DNA of 64,000 nucleotides from Octopus vulgaris (lineage: Eukaryota), in the NCBI GenBank assembly GCA_951406725.2, contig OX597814.1:204972001-205036000 (forward strand), read 5' to 3'. The translations under genes were made by a program, and so were the position numbers. The notes below the pieces were generated by a model. The model was given only the letters and a program-made list of their open reading frames with translations, did no database searches and had not been told where the DNA came from. Positions 13,211 through 27,049 of this stretch are shown piece by piece (positions within the stretch are counted from its first letter, which is position 1; each line of letters opens with the position of its first letter).

Positions 13211-14817
13211 ACTTGCTGCTGCTGTTGGTTTCTTTGGTCCATGTGACTAATCTACTACCACCACCACCACCACCGTCATCACATCATGTCTGTCATGTGA
13301 CTGAGAGCCTGCTTTATTTAGATCAATTATGCGTGTGTGTGTGTCTATGTCATGCATCAAATTCGATACACGTGCATATATACACATTCTTACATATGTA
13401 CATACATACATATGCGTATTCATCATATTGACAAAGCATGAAAGAAAGAGAGAGAGAGAAAGAGGATTGATGTTAGAAGTGTAGGATGGAAACTTTCTGA
13501 AAAGTACATATTTTTGTAATGAAATTTTGCAGAGATAGATTTTCAATGGAATAGGTTGTGATTATGTTGATAGAATTTATTGAAATAATAACATTTATTG
13601 CAAATATACAAAAGAGAAATTTATGTTCTTTAATTTTATTTTAAGGTATAAGTATTTTTCTTTAGAAAATTAGTATTCATTTCATCATTTTGTCTTAGCA
13701 CCAAGAAGTTTGATAGAAGTTAAATTAAAATTATTTTATGTAGCTGGATATTACCCATGGTGGTAAAAGCATACTTTCAAAGTTACCTGTCATATGATGG
13801 ATAATACTTTAGAATCCATATATTCACATTGCTTAAATATAAACTCATATATTATTATATGCTCACACGCTTTCCTGAAATTTAAATCATCATCATCATT
13901 ATCATCATCATTTAACGTCCGTTTTCCGCGCTAGCACGGGTTGGACAGATTGACCGGGGTCTGGGAAGCCAGAAGGCTGCACCAGGCTCCAGTCTTATCT
14001 GGCAGTGTTTCTACAGCTGGATGCCCTTCCTAACGCCAACCACTCCGAGAGTGTAGTGGGTGCTTTTTACATGCCACCGGCACAGGTGCCAAGGGAGTCT
14101 GGCAAACATGCATGACTGGTTGGTGTGCTTTTAACGTGCCACCGGCACGGAAGCCATTCAAGGTGACACTGGCATCGGTCACACTCGGATGGTGCTTTTT
14201 ACGTGCCACCGGCACAGAAGCCAGTCGAGGTGGTGCTGGCATCGGCCACGTTCGGATGGTGCTTTTTACGTGTCACCGGCACAGAAGCCAGTATATCTTT
14301 ATACTGTCATGTTACACAATGTTGAAATCTACTCCTATATGTCTTTGAACTGACGTATCCCACATTGTTTGAATGGAAATACATCCTTCTACACATACAT
14401 TTCACATTTTTAAAATGTAAAACTGTAATAAACACATTTCCCATTGTTTAACCTCGAGCATTCAGATTTCTCTGCCAAATACAATGCTTCTTTATTCCCA
14501 TCGTTTTGAATTAATCATGCATTATCTTGTGGCTTCAAAGTTTTGATGATATGATTATTTTTACAATGACATTCTTGGGTAGGTATTAGAGACCAGGTCT
14601 GGTTGGTTTGAGCACAAAGCAGGGAGAATATTTGGCCCTGATGTAACTGGCTCAAATGCTAAAAGGTTGAATATAAAAATGTCTATGTTGATATTGTTGA
14701 AATGCCAGTATATATCTTTATCTCTACACATTTCCTGTTATTTAAATATCAACACATATTCTACTGATTAATCCATTGATAATTACTTTAATTCATTTAT
14801 AAATAATTTACTTATAG

Positions 14818-15050
14818 GAATTCATACTGAACACACCACAATTGGAAGCTACTAAAATGTGGGTTGGTAACCTTGGTAAACATGCAAGCCATGCTGTTGT
14901 CTATGCTCAGTTGCACACTCCAGATGGTGTGAACCATGGACTTCATACTTTTGTTGTTCCAATCAGAGATGTACACACAATGAAAGCATTACCTGGAGTT
15001 CTGGTTGGTGACATGGGACATAAAATTTCAATTAATGGCCTCGACAATGG
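14818..15050 (+). CDS. ACOX3: ACOX3 coding exon (EFILNTPQLEATKMWVGNLGK...INGLDNG)
   Basis: ttatag| acceptor, |gtgaga donor, 233 nt, phase 0/2. Confidence 0.95.
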
Positions 15051-15985
15051 GTGAGATTTTTTCTCTTCTTTTTCTATCTAAGGGTGGTTGTTGTTGTTGT
15101 TAGTTTAAAGCTGGCAGAGGGTACTGTCAGTTTGAGTGAGGAAATGAAATGCTACGAATCCTTTACCGAGAAAGAGAAGTGAGGGTTCTGTATGTTATCC
15201 TGTATTAGTTTGTTTACATCCCCATAACTTAGTGGTTTCGGCAAAGAGACTGATAGAATAAGTTCCGGACTTAAAGAAAAAGAGCCAGTACCAAAGTTAA
15301 TTCATTTGAGTAAACTCTTTGAGGCAGTGCTCCAGCATGGCTGCAGTTGAATGACTAAAACGAGTGAAAGACAATCCATTTGATCCTCTTCTTTTCATGA
15401 CTGCTGCCACTGGGGCTGCTTCTGGTGGTTGCTGTTGTTGTTGTTGATGGTGAATGAAAATGTATTTCTGGTTCTAAGTGAAGAAGTAACTAACAACACT
15501 TGTGAACAATTAACAGAATATTTAATTACTGTACATAGTGTTTTATGTGTTGCTTTTTTACAAATACTAACAGCAATAATTACATTGTGGGGGAGACATA
15601 CTGCTTGGGATTTGCAACAAGCTTACTGATATAGCAATCACTTTGGCTGGCCTCATCACAACTGGAAAATAATTGCACTGTACTTGTGGCAACAAATATT
15701 CCAGTTCTGCTATCTGCCATCCGTCTTAAATGGTTAGATGTGGAGATGAAAATGGAGACACAACATGTGGCTGTCTCAGCATTCTGCGATTACCACTAAA
15801 AACCACCTTCATATATATGGGGACAATGAGAAAGTTCTAGAAAATTGAATCGTGTTATGGCTTGATGCTGATTGATCACTTAACAGACCAATCACATGAA
15901 ACTACTGTGGTTTGATTGTGATGTCTGCATGGTGACCTAATGATTCCGTTTTGAATCAACACTACACAGTAATTGCTGTTAATGC

Positions 15986-16428
15986 AACGAGCTGGCAGAA
16001 TCGTTAGCATGCTGGGCGAAATGCTTAGCGGTATTTCGTCTGCCGTTACGTTCTGAGTTCAAATTCCACCGAGGTTGACTTTTCCTTTCATCCTTTTGGG
16101 GTCGATAAATTAAGTTACAGTACGCAATGGTGTCGATATAATTGACTTAATCCGTTTGTCTGTCCTTGTTTGTCCCCTCTGTGTGTAGCTCCTTGTGGGC
16201 AATAAAGAAATAAGAATCGTTAGCATGCTGGGCGAAATGCTTAGCGGTATTTCGTCTGCCGTTACGTTCTGAGTTCAAATTCCACCGAGGTTGACTTTTC
16301 CTTTCATCCTTTTGGGGTCGATTAAATAAGTACCAGTTACGCACTGGGGTTGATATAATCAACTTAATCGTTTGTCTGTCCTTGTTTGTTCCCTCTGTGT
16401 TTAGCCCCTTGTGGGCAGTAAAGAAATG
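15986..16428 (+). mobile_element. tRNA-derived SINE family B, tandem dimer
   Basis: gagctggcagaa...gagttcaaattcc...cctttcatccttt.ggggtcgat; other copies at about 18355-18680, 29125-29520, 34050-34281, 54280-54490(-), 57610-57820(-), 61480-61870. Confidence 0.8.
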
Positions 16429-17727
16429 AGTGATTGCTGTTAACAGAGGTGTCTGACCAAGTGCTTAGGGTTGATTCATTCCAGACGTGGCTGTGTGCTT
16501 AAGAAGTTTGCTTCCCAAGCACCTGAAACGCTGTTTTTGATGTCTTCACATAGCCATTATCTTGTTTGAGGTACAGGGTGTTCTTAGATTTGTCACATTG
16601 TTCTGTTAGCTTTTGTTTTAAAGGGTGAGATATAATTAGGGAACATCATACAACAATATCAAAAAAAATTTGCATCCTGGTCTTTCTCCAAGAACTCATA
16701 ATAATAAGAATTGTTTCAGATTTTGGCATGAAACCAACAATTTTAGTGGAGATGGTTAATTGATTATATTGACCCCAGCAGTTGGCTGTATTTTATTGGT
16801 TGGATGAAAGCTATAACTGACTTTGGTGAGATTTGAACTCAGAATGGAAAGAGTGGAAGAAATGCTATGAAGTATTTTGTCCATTGTGCTAACCATTCAG
16901 CCAGGTCAAGGCCTTAATCATAATGCTTTCTGATTTTGGCACAAGGCCAGCAATTTTGATGAAAGAGTGTTAATTGATACTATCAACCGCATTATTTGAC
17001 GTACATTTTTTTTTTTTTGAGGAATGAAAGGTAGACTTGATCTTGGTGGGATTTAATCTCAGAATCTAAAGCGCTAGAAGAAATGCCGATAAAGCAAGGC
17101 AGCTCTTTGTAAAGCACTTGGGTAATTTGGGACATATTTTTTGTTGTGTGAAGGATGTGAAAGGACAAATCTTAAAAGGATGGTTTCAGTTATCTACGTA
17201 ACCATTTCTGATGTGTCAGGAGTGAAGTGTGTGTGTGTGCTGCCAATGATTATGGACTCCCCTGTCATTAGACAATGGATGAGGCTTCTGTAATTTCTTG
17301 CCAAACAACCACACAAATGATTTGTTCATAGTGATCAAATGTTTGTGTTACAGATAAGCTCACTCTCTCCATCAAATCAACATTTCCTGTACAAGTGTGT
17401 ATCACACACTGGATGTTGAAATGATCACAGAGCAACATGAAATGAAATGTTTTGCTCAAGAACACAACACACTACCCAGCCTGGGAATTGAAATCACGAT
17501 CTTGTGATTGCAAGTGTTACACCCAAGTCACTAGGCCCATGTTCCTTGATGTACTGCTAGGGGTAATGAATATAAAACCAGTAGAGATTCAACTAGTTGG
17601 CTGACATGAAGTGTTTGTGAACATGAATGAGCTGTGAACATATGACATGTATTTTGTATTATGTGGACACTTTGAGATGTATCCTATTTTATTGTAATAA
17701 AGTAAATATGTTTCATTTATTTTCTAG

Positions 17728-17824
17728 GTTTGTTTCTTTCAACAATGTGAGAATACCGCGGGAAAACTTACTCAATAAGAGTGCAGATGTCACTGTAGAC
17801 GGACAGTATGTGTCACCATATAAG
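17728..17824 (+). CDS. ACOX3: ACOX3 coding exon (FVSFNNVRIPRENLLNKSADVTVDGQYVSPYK)
   Basis: ttctag| acceptor, |gtaaaa donor, 97 nt, phase 2/0. Confidence 0.95.
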
Positions 17825-18038
17825 GTAAAAAACAACATTAATTTATACTTTATTCTAAAAACACTAATTGCTTAGATTAGTGTTATTCTAACTGTAATTG
17901 TTTAAATGTTTGATGGAGTAGGATGTGGTCTAGTCATCCATATTGTTAATCAGGTTGTACAGGAAAGTATGACACCCTGGTGACTGATGTCGCAGCATCA
18001 TAATCAGCTGTTGCAAGGGTAAAGGAGATGCCTGAGAT

Positions 18039-18265
18039 CAGTGGTTCTTGATCATTTTTTGCTTATGGACTCCTTTGATTACTGGACTCCCATCTTAAAA
18101 AATAAATCCTGTCATATTTGTATGATTAAATACTAGGAATTATATAAAAGTAATTGTTGCAATATTTTGTGTACTATTGATATATAACCAATTTATTGCT
18201 CATAAACTTTAACAAAATCTTCTTGGGTCCCCAAAGGTTATATGGACCATGGTTGGGGACCACTG
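18039..18265. mobile_element. hAT-type MITE (decayed)
   Basis: CAGTGGT...ACCACTG termini; imperfect 8-bp TSD cctgagat/cctcagaa. Confidence 0.55.
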
Positions 18266-18773
18266 CCTCAGAAATAATTACAGGGTTCAATGAGACATAA
18301 CATAATGGCTGTAGTAAAAGCGGTTCAATATCTTTTAATTAATTATTTTAACAACAAGGCTGTGAGCTGGCAGAAACGTTAGCACGCTGGGTCGATCTAA
18401 TAGACTGGTCCCCTCCCCAAAAATTTTGGGTCTTGTGCCTAGTGTAGAAAAGAATATTTTAAAGGTGGCGAGCTGGCAAAAAAGTTAGCATGCTGGGCAA
18501 AATGCTTAGCAGCATTTCGTCTGTCTTTATGTTCTGAGTCCAAATTCCGCTGAGGTTGACTTTGCCTTTCATCCTTTCGGAGTCAATGAATTAAATACCA
18601 GTTGTGTATTGGGGTCGATCTAATCAACTGGCCCTCTCCCCCCAAAATTTCGGACCTTGTGCTTAGAATAGAAAAGAATTATTTTAACAATGAAAACAAA
18701 ACATTGTCTGATATCATACAACAGCCATAATTATACACTTAATTATTTCTTTGTAATTTCTTTTAACATGTAG

Positions 18774-18953
18774 AAAAGCAAACGGTTCAGCATTTCCTTG
18801 GCTGTTCTTTCAAACGGTCGAGTTGCAATCACTGGGTTTGGAGCAACACTCTTGAAGATGGGGTTGACTATTGCAATACGTTATTCAGCTGCACGGCGCC
18901 AGTTTGGACCAAAGGAAGATGAAGAAATACCAATTCTAGAATACCCATTACAA
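18774..18953 (+). CDS. ACOX3: ACOX3 coding exon (KSKRFSISLAVLSNGRV...RRQFGPKEDEEIPILEYPLQ)
   Basis: atgtag| acceptor, |gtaaga donor, 180 nt. Confidence 0.93.
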
Positions 18954-21900
18954 GTAAGACTAATTACTTTATGTTTTATCTTTGAAAATCTTCATTTCTA
19001 TATTTTTTCATTTTATTAGGAAAACGATTAAAAAATATTTAATTTAAACATTTTAGAAGCTTTTATACAACATTTAGGAAATCTCAAATAAGACTGCTCA
19101 GCTTCACTTAAGTTACTTTTCACTATCAACAGAAATTTCAGTGAATACTTCCCCCACTGTTCCTGGTCAGTAGACCCCCCCCTCAGTAGACCTACACCAT
19201 TTATTTCTCTTTTTCCCACTCTCACTGTCTCTCTTTCTTTCTAACTCTCCCACTTTTCTCTCCTTCCTTGTCCTACTGAGGTAGCCGGCTAACTGGCTTC
19301 TGTGTCGGTGGCACGTAAAAGGGCACCATTCGAGCGTGATTGTTACCAACTTCGCCTTACTGGCACCTGTGCCGGTGGCATGTGTATAAAGATTCAAACG
19401 AGGTCGTTGCCAGTACCGCCTGACTGGCCCCGTGCCAGTGGCACGTAAAAAGCACCCACTACACTCTCGGAGTGGTTGGCATTAGGAAGAGCATCAAGCT
19501 GTAGAAACTCTGCTAGATCAAGATTGGAGCCTGGTGCAGCCATCTGGTTCGCTAGCCCTCAGTGAAAATCGTCCAACTCATGCTAGCATGGAAAGTGGAC
19601 CTTAAATAATGATGATGATGATAGTGAGGCAAGTACCTCTATCATACTCTAACCTCTTGCCTGGCTCACCACCACTTCCCTCTACGCCATTCCCTCTCTC
19701 AACTTTGAGGTCTTTGCTTTGCAACTTACTCAGTGACCCGATTTGTGCTGGTATCATGTAAAAAATCTCCTGTACCAGTGCCACGTAAAAAGCACACAGT
19801 ACACTCTGTAAAGTGGTTGGTGTTAGGAAGGGCATCCAGCCATAGAAACTTTGCCAAAACAGATGACTAGATTCTGGTGCAGCTCACTGGATTGCCAGCT
19901 ACTGTCAACCCTCCAACCATGCTGGCATGGAAAACGGACATTAAATGATGATAATATCACCTGTGTATTTCAGTTATATACACTCAACCTGTGTATATTT
20001 CATTTGTAGATATATTCGCAGTTTTGAGAATATGTTCTGACCACTTCATCACCAATATCTTTATTTTCTTTCCCGCTTTTCCCACTCACTCTCATATAAC
20101 ATCGGGTAACCATGTATCTCTTCTGTATCAAGACATCTGTGCCTGTCTCTCTTTCATACTGTAACCTGGGGGCCCATGTGTGGGTCGTTGCCCATGCATG
20201 GGTCGTTGCCAGTGCTGCCTGACTGGCTCCCCGTGCCAGTGGCATGTAAATAGCACCATCCGAACATGGTCGATCCCAGCACCCTGCCCCGACTGGCTCC
20301 TGTGCTAGTAGCACATAAGAAGCACAATCCGAACATGGCCAATGCCAGTGCTGCCTGACTGGCTCCTGTGCCAGTGACACATAAAAAGCACCCACTACAC
20401 TCTCAGAGTGGTTGGCGTTATGAAGGGTATCCAGCTGTAGAAACACTACCAGATCAGATTGGAGCCTGCTGCAGCCTCCTGGCTTGCCAGTTCCCAATCA
20501 AACGGTCCAACCCATGCCAGCATGGAACACAGACGTTAAACAATGATGATGATGGACCTCTTTGATTACTATTTTATTCTGGTGCCCCCCCCCCCATACC
20601 CATTTGATGTTTAAAACCTAGCTTTATAGAAACTTCTTTCGAAATTCCTATTTTGTTCTTTGTACGTTTACTTGTGTAAGTTGAATTATACAAAATGTTA
20701 GAGAAAGAAACCTTGCTGTTTCTTGCAATACATACCTATACATGCAGTTAAGGCAAAATTTATATCAAGGACCCTTAAAATATTGTGAATTCTTAATTTA
20801 TCATTTTGTTGTATAGACCCTGTGCTTGAGGAGACCTATTGAATCAAGTACATCAACATAAAAAATCAATGGAAATTGTAGTTGTGATCCCTGTACCGGT
20901 GGCACATAAAATGCACCATCCGAACGTGGCAGATGCCAGTGCCGCCTTGACTGGCTACCGTGCCAGTGGCATGTAAAAAGCACCAACCGATCGTGGCCAT
21001 TGCCAGCCTTGCCTGGCATCTGTGCCGGTGGCACGTAAAGAGCACCCACTACACTCACGGAGTAGTCAGCGTTAGGAAGGGCATCCAGCTGTAGAAACAC
21101 TGTCAGATCAGACTGGAGCCTGGTGCAGCCTTCTAGCTTCCCAGACCCCGGTTGAACCGTCCAACCCATGCTAGCATGGTAAACAGGTGTTAAACGATGA
21201 TGATGATGATGTATAGATCCTCCAAAATCTTATGTAGACCTTCAGTGGCCATATGGACCTCAGTTAAGAACCACTGGTTTAGCTTCTCACCTTCTAGCAT
21301 AGCCACCTTCCCCATCAACTATGACCTCTTCCTCAGTTGAGAGGTGGGGGTGCTTCTTCTTTGTCTTATGAGGCACTTGGCAATCTTACTAGTACCAGTG
21401 TAATGGAGAAGGCACCCTGTACAAACTGTAAAGTGGTTAGTGACAGGAAAGGCATCCAGCTGTAGAAAACATGCCAAAGCAGACATTGGAGTTTGATGAA
21501 TTCTCTGGCTTGTTAGGTCCTGTCCAACCTATGCCAGCATGGAACATCATCATCATCATCATCATCATCATCGTTTAACGTCCATTATCCATGCTAGCAT
21601 GGGTTGGACAGTTCGACCGGGATCTGGGAAGCCAGAAGGCTGCACCAGGCTCCAGTCTGATCTGGCAGTGTTTCTACAGCTGGATGCCCTTCCTAACGCC
21701 AACCACTCCGTGAGTGTAGTGGGTGCTTTTTGCATGCCACCTGCACAGGTGCCAGGCGAGGCTGACAACAGCCACGATCGGATTGGTGCATTTTACGTGC
21801 CACCGGCACGGAAGCCAGTCGAGGTGGCACTGGCATCGGCCACGATTTGGATGGTGCTCGTGGCCGATGCACCAGCCACAGCCACGAGCGGAATATTAAA

Positions 21901-22026
21901 TGATGATGATGATCATCATGTGTATTCTGTTGACTGGCATACAGAGGTTCTGGTCATCTTTATAATGACACCATCTGAACTGATTTATCTTCTCTTCCCT
22001 CTACACTGTCAACTCTTCAGCTTTAA

Positions 22027-22248
22027 CCCTTTTGATACCAACCCGGCTGAAACCATCTCTGGCTCTGTAGTACAAATCTCTTGTTTTCATAAGTTTTGAA
22101 TTAAAATCTTCCACCAAACCTTAGTCACAATTTATGTTCCTAACACTAGCTTAATGATAACTAAGTTATTTTACTAAATTCTTTGTTATATTTAAAATTA
22201 ATTGAAAGAAACACAGAGCATCTCAAAATAAATACAGAAATGAAAGGG
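22027..22248 (-). mobile_element. piggyBac-type MITE (inverted copy)
   Basis: TTAA-flanked; reverse complement of 11938-12159. Confidence 0.8.
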
Positions 22249-22439
22249 TTAAAGGCTGTCCTAGTTATTTATTGCAACTTATGTTTTTCTTTAGCACCAA
22301 ACCAAATCCTTCATTTTTTTCTCTTTCTGGTTCTATTTCATCTTCAAGGGACATTTCTGACCCCTACTTTGACCAAATCAATGAAATGTTCTTATAAACA
22401 ATATCATATTTATGTCTTCCTCAAAATTTTTCATTACAG

Positions 22440-22562
22440 CAATGGCGCTTACTTCCATATTTGGCTGCTAACTATTGTCTGGAACACTTTAGTAAATCTC
22501 TTTTTAGTGAACTTGTAAAAGTTCATGTTGGACACATGTTTGGGGACCAAAGTGATTACATG
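22440..22562 (+). CDS. ACOX3: ACOX3 coding exon (QWRLLPYLAANYCLEHFSKSLF...DQSDYM)
   Basis: ttacag| acceptor, |gtaagt donor, 123 nt. Confidence 0.93.
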
Positions 22563-25166
22563 GTAAGTTGAGCTTTGTTTTACCTTTTATTTTTCTCTTG
22601 TTTCGGTTATTGGACTGTGGCCATGCTGGAACACTACTTTCATCAAATCAGCCCTAGTACTTATTTTTTAAGTCTAGTACTTAATCTGTCTGTCTCTTTT
22701 GCTGAACTACTAAGTTGCAGGGATGTAAACAAACCAACATGGGTTGTCAACCACAACACACACATGATGGGGTTCTACACAGTCCCATCATCATCATCGT
22801 TTAACGTCTGCTTTCCATGCTAGCATGGGTTGGACGATTTTGATCGAGGGCTGCACCAGGCTTCAATCTTGATCTGGCAGAGTTTCTACAGCTGGATGCC
22901 CTTCCTAATGCCAATCACTTCGAGAGTGTAGTGGGTGCTTTTACGTGGCGAGTCAGGCGGTACTGGCAACAACCTCGCTCGAATCTTTTACACATGCCAC
23001 TGGCATTGATCAGCCTGGGGCTGTAGTAGAAGACACTTGTCTAGGGTACTGCACAGTGGGACCGAACCTGAAACTCTATGGTTGCAAGTGAACTTCCTAA
23101 CCACACAGCCATGCATATTTATTATATTTATTTATATATTTTATTTCACAGTTTGTCTGCAATAATGTCTTCAGTAACAAGTCTCCAATGGAACAATCAC
23201 TTGTTCAGTGTATTTCTGAAGACTAGAGTAACACGGGAGAATCTTTAGCTCAATGTAGAACAAATATCTTAAGGGGTTTTCCCTCTCTCTCTTTCGGAGA
23301 GGCACAAGCACCTACACTCACATATACATACACGGCAGTAACTTCCACCTACCAAATTCAATCACAAAGCTTTGGTCGGCCTAGGGCTATAGCAGAAGAC
23401 ACTTGCCCAAAGTGCCACGCAGTGGGACTGAACCCGAAACCACGTAGCTAGGAAGCAAGCTCCCTAACCACACAGCCATGCCCGCGCCTAATATGTTGTT
23501 TATAGGTTTCTCTCAATATACATCAGCAAAATGCACAGACACACGTCTATAAACATAGTTTGGTCCTGTGGTTAAGAAACTTGCTTCCTAACCTCATGCT
23601 TTCTGGTTCAGTTCCACTGCTTTCTACATTGGGCCAGTTTTTTTTTCTATTGTAGCTGTGGGTGTGTGCATGCGTGTGTGCATGCACATTCTTGTCATGA
23701 CACTACACAATAATTGTAAATGAGCATCACTGTCATACAGGTGGTGTTGATTGTTTCCAATCTTCCATGAAAACATGTCCAGCCATGGGGAAATGATATC
23801 TTCCTTGGAAACAGGTGACGAACGGTGACAGGAAGAATATTACTGATAGTGACTTCTACAAATGCCTAAGTTTTTAAACACTGGACTTTGTACCATTGAT
23901 CTTTACATTGTCAAAGTAAAAGATTAAGTTGTATAAAACCCAAATTAAGTAAATCTACTGACGCATTCTACACCTACCTACCTACCAAAAGGGACACACC
24001 TAAATACCCACACCTGCTTACAATGTCCTACATACATAAATAAATTCTAAATAATATAACTCCAAATTTAACGAATATAAATTTTTCCATTACAAACAAC
24101 TCTAAAAACCTAATTACTACTCCACTCCAACCTGCACTTCCAAGGAAGATTTTCACTCAACAGAGACTATATGAAGCCAAGATTATCTTCAATTCATAGC
24201 AGTCCAATGATGGCTTAACAGACTGAAACTTTGAAGTCCCTGTCAAAAATTTTCTTGTTTGAGATGGCATATAAAAAGCACCATTCGAGCATGGCCAATG
24301 CCAGTGATGCCTGACTGGGACCCGTGCCAGTGGCACGTAAAAAAGCACCATTTGAGCATGGTCGATGCCAGTGCCATCTGACTGGCTCCTGTGTTGGTGG
24401 CACGTAAAAAGCACCCACTACACTCTCAGTGTGGTTGGGGTTATGAAGGTCATCCAGCTGTAGAAACCTTACCAAATCAGATTGGAGTCTGGTGCAGTCT
24501 CCTGGCTTGCCAGTCCTCAGTCAAACTGTCCAATCCATGCCAGCATGGAAAGCAGATGTTAAACGACGGTGATAATGATCATACACACACACACACACAA
24601 TAGGCTTCTGCATAGTTTCTGTGTCTCTGTTTACTGAATTTTATCTAAATCACCCATATAGTATTGCTCAACTCACATCTATAATAGAAGACACTAATCC
24701 ATGGTGTCCCACTGCAAGTTTGAACCTAGAATCTTATGAGCTCAAAGCAAACTTCTCCACCATGGCAGCACACCTTTTATAAATTGATTTAGTATTTCTG
24801 AGGTAATCAATTCATTATGGCTGCCTAATTTTGCTAATGGCAAAAAGTGGATTACTCTGTTTTGAGTGCATGGCACCTTTTTCTGTTGTGGATTACCACA
24901 GATGGAAACGGAAGAGAACCTCAAAAGAAATTAGTATTTATGGACTTTCAAGTGTCCATTTAGCATTTATTAAACTGCTGCAGAGTGGGCTAGAAAAATA
25001 AGAAATGAAGTATCTTGCTGAAGGACACAAAGCACTACCTGATCCTGGAATTGAACCCAAAACATTCTGTTCATGAACCTACACTCTAACCACTAGACTG
25101 CACCTAGATTGAAAAATATTAACTATTTAGATACAAGAAAAAAATTATTGATTAGAACCATATTCT

Positions 25167-25221
25167 ATGGCGGTGCCCCAGCATGGCCACAGCTCATAAG
25201 CTGAAACTAGAATCATTCAAT
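25167..25221 (+). mobile_element. extremely 5'-truncated copy (about 55 bp) of the CR1/L2-group LINE 3' end
   Basis: Near-identical to 41594-41650; 7-bp TSD catattc at 25159-25165 and 25222-25228. Confidence 0.8.
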
Positions 25222-26096
25222 CATATTCGCCTTGCTGTTTTTGTAAGGTAAACTTGCGGTGAGACATGAGTTAATTCCTTAATACACATCAAGGTAGGTA
25301 GCTCTGGTGCTTGGCTGCAAATATAAAATATCCAATGAGTTTTGCAGTTTATAATTTACATGACTCAACAAGACTGGTGTCATGGTTTCACAATCCTGTC
25401 TGATATCTTTTGAAATTATTTACATAATGTTGCAACTCAAGCAACCATGTTATTGCATTGTTTTAGACTGATCTAGTTTATAGCAGGAAAACAGTAACAA
25501 AGTGCTAAATAAGAGGACACAGTATAATATCCTGTGAGAAAGAAACGAAGGAGGATTTAACGGTTTGGGCTGTGGCCTTTCTTTGGGGGACATTAAAAAC
25601 AAGAAAGGGGGTTACATGAAAAGTAACCTTAACTTTCTTTGTAGATAAGGTTGCTTATCCATAAATTATTGTGTTTCTGTTGAAGCCAGCATGGTGAATG
25701 GAAAAAGGAAGAGGATATAGCAGGAGTGCAGAATGGTGTATTACATGCAAAGGAGTGCAGTGGGGGAAGAGAAGAGACATGCATTTTGTGTATGAGTGAC
25801 TGTTTAGGAGCTGGGAATTGGAGATGCGTGTGTATGGTAGATGGGTAGCAGATCTGTGTGAGTGAAGTTCATTGGACAGTGTTTATTGTCGTGTGCAGAT
25901 ATTCAAGAAGACAGTGTTATTAGAGAAAGGCAACAAAAAGATTAATCCTAGTTTGAAGGCTGCGTTTAGCTTGAAACTAAGTTGCTGATCATGGTGAAGA
26001 TGAGAAATAGGAGGTCAATGGTATAAAATAGCACCACAGATGTGGCCAGGAGACTGGATAAAGTAACATGATGTTTTTTTCTCTTCTGATTGACAG

Positions 26097-26217
26097 TGGG
26101 GATTAATCCGTGAAATACATGCGCTGTCATCTGCTAGCAAACCTCTGGGAAGCTGGTTAGCTCGAGATGGACTTCAAGAGTGCAGAGAAGCTTGTGGTGG
26201 AAATGGCTATCTTGCTG
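26097..26217 (+). CDS. ACOX3: ACOX3 coding exon ([40 protein letters not shown])
   Basis: tgacag| acceptor, |gtgagt donor, 121 nt, phase 0/1. Confidence 0.95.
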
Positions 26218-26616
26218 GTGAGTGTCTCTATCCACAAACAATATATTTACATCATCTTCATCATCATCATTATTTAGCATCTGTATTCCATGCTGGCATG
26301 GGTTAGATGGTTTGACTGGAATTGGTGAGCCAGAAAGGTGCACCAGTCTGTTTAGGCTTGGTTTCCATGGCTGGATGTCCTTCCTAATGCCAGTCACTCC
26401 ATAGTATGTACGGGGCGCATTTTACATATCACTGGTGTATAGACAGGAAACCTTTTTCTATTTTATCTCCCTGTTTATTTTTGTGTTGCTTTCTGTTGAA
26501 GAGCGTAAGCTCGAAACATAAAAACTTACTCATTTCCCAAGCGTTAAACTAATACATCTGTTTGCTGTTTACACACCCGTCTTTGTCTTTTGGTTTTTGT
26601 AAGTTCTCACTATATT

Positions 26617-27029
26617 ACTCTTTTCTCTTTTACTTGTTTCAGTCATTTGACTGCGGCCATGCTAGAGCACCGCCTTTAGTCGAGCAAATCGACCCCGGGA
26701 CTTATTCTTTGTAAGCCCAGTACTTATTCTATCAGTCTCTTTTACCGAACCGCTAAGTGACGGGGACGTAAACACACCAGCATCGGCTGTCAAGCAATGC
26801 TAGGGGGGACAAACACAGACACACAAACACACACACACATACATATATATACATATACATATATACGACATGCTTCTTTCAGTTTCCGTCTACCAAATCC
26901 ACTCACAAGGCATTGGTCGGCCCGGGGCTATAGCAGAAGACACTTGCCCAAGATGCCACGCAGTGGGACTGAACCCGGAACCATGTGGTTGGTTAGCAAG
27001 CTACTTACCACACAGCCACTCCTGTGCCT
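26617..27029 (-). mobile_element. SINE family A, full length
   Basis: Reverse complement of 52961-53358. Confidence 0.8.
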
Positions 27030-27049
27030 TTTTATATATATATATATAT

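Noticed and set aside
21539-22099. Recurrent peptides such as LQLDALPNANHS suggesting a gene family
   Set aside because: Antisense translation of the dispersed RTE 3' UTR repeat
25230-26040. Possible decayed Penelope coding fragment
   Set aside because: No motif could be translated convincingly by eye; needs a tBLASTn/HMM search
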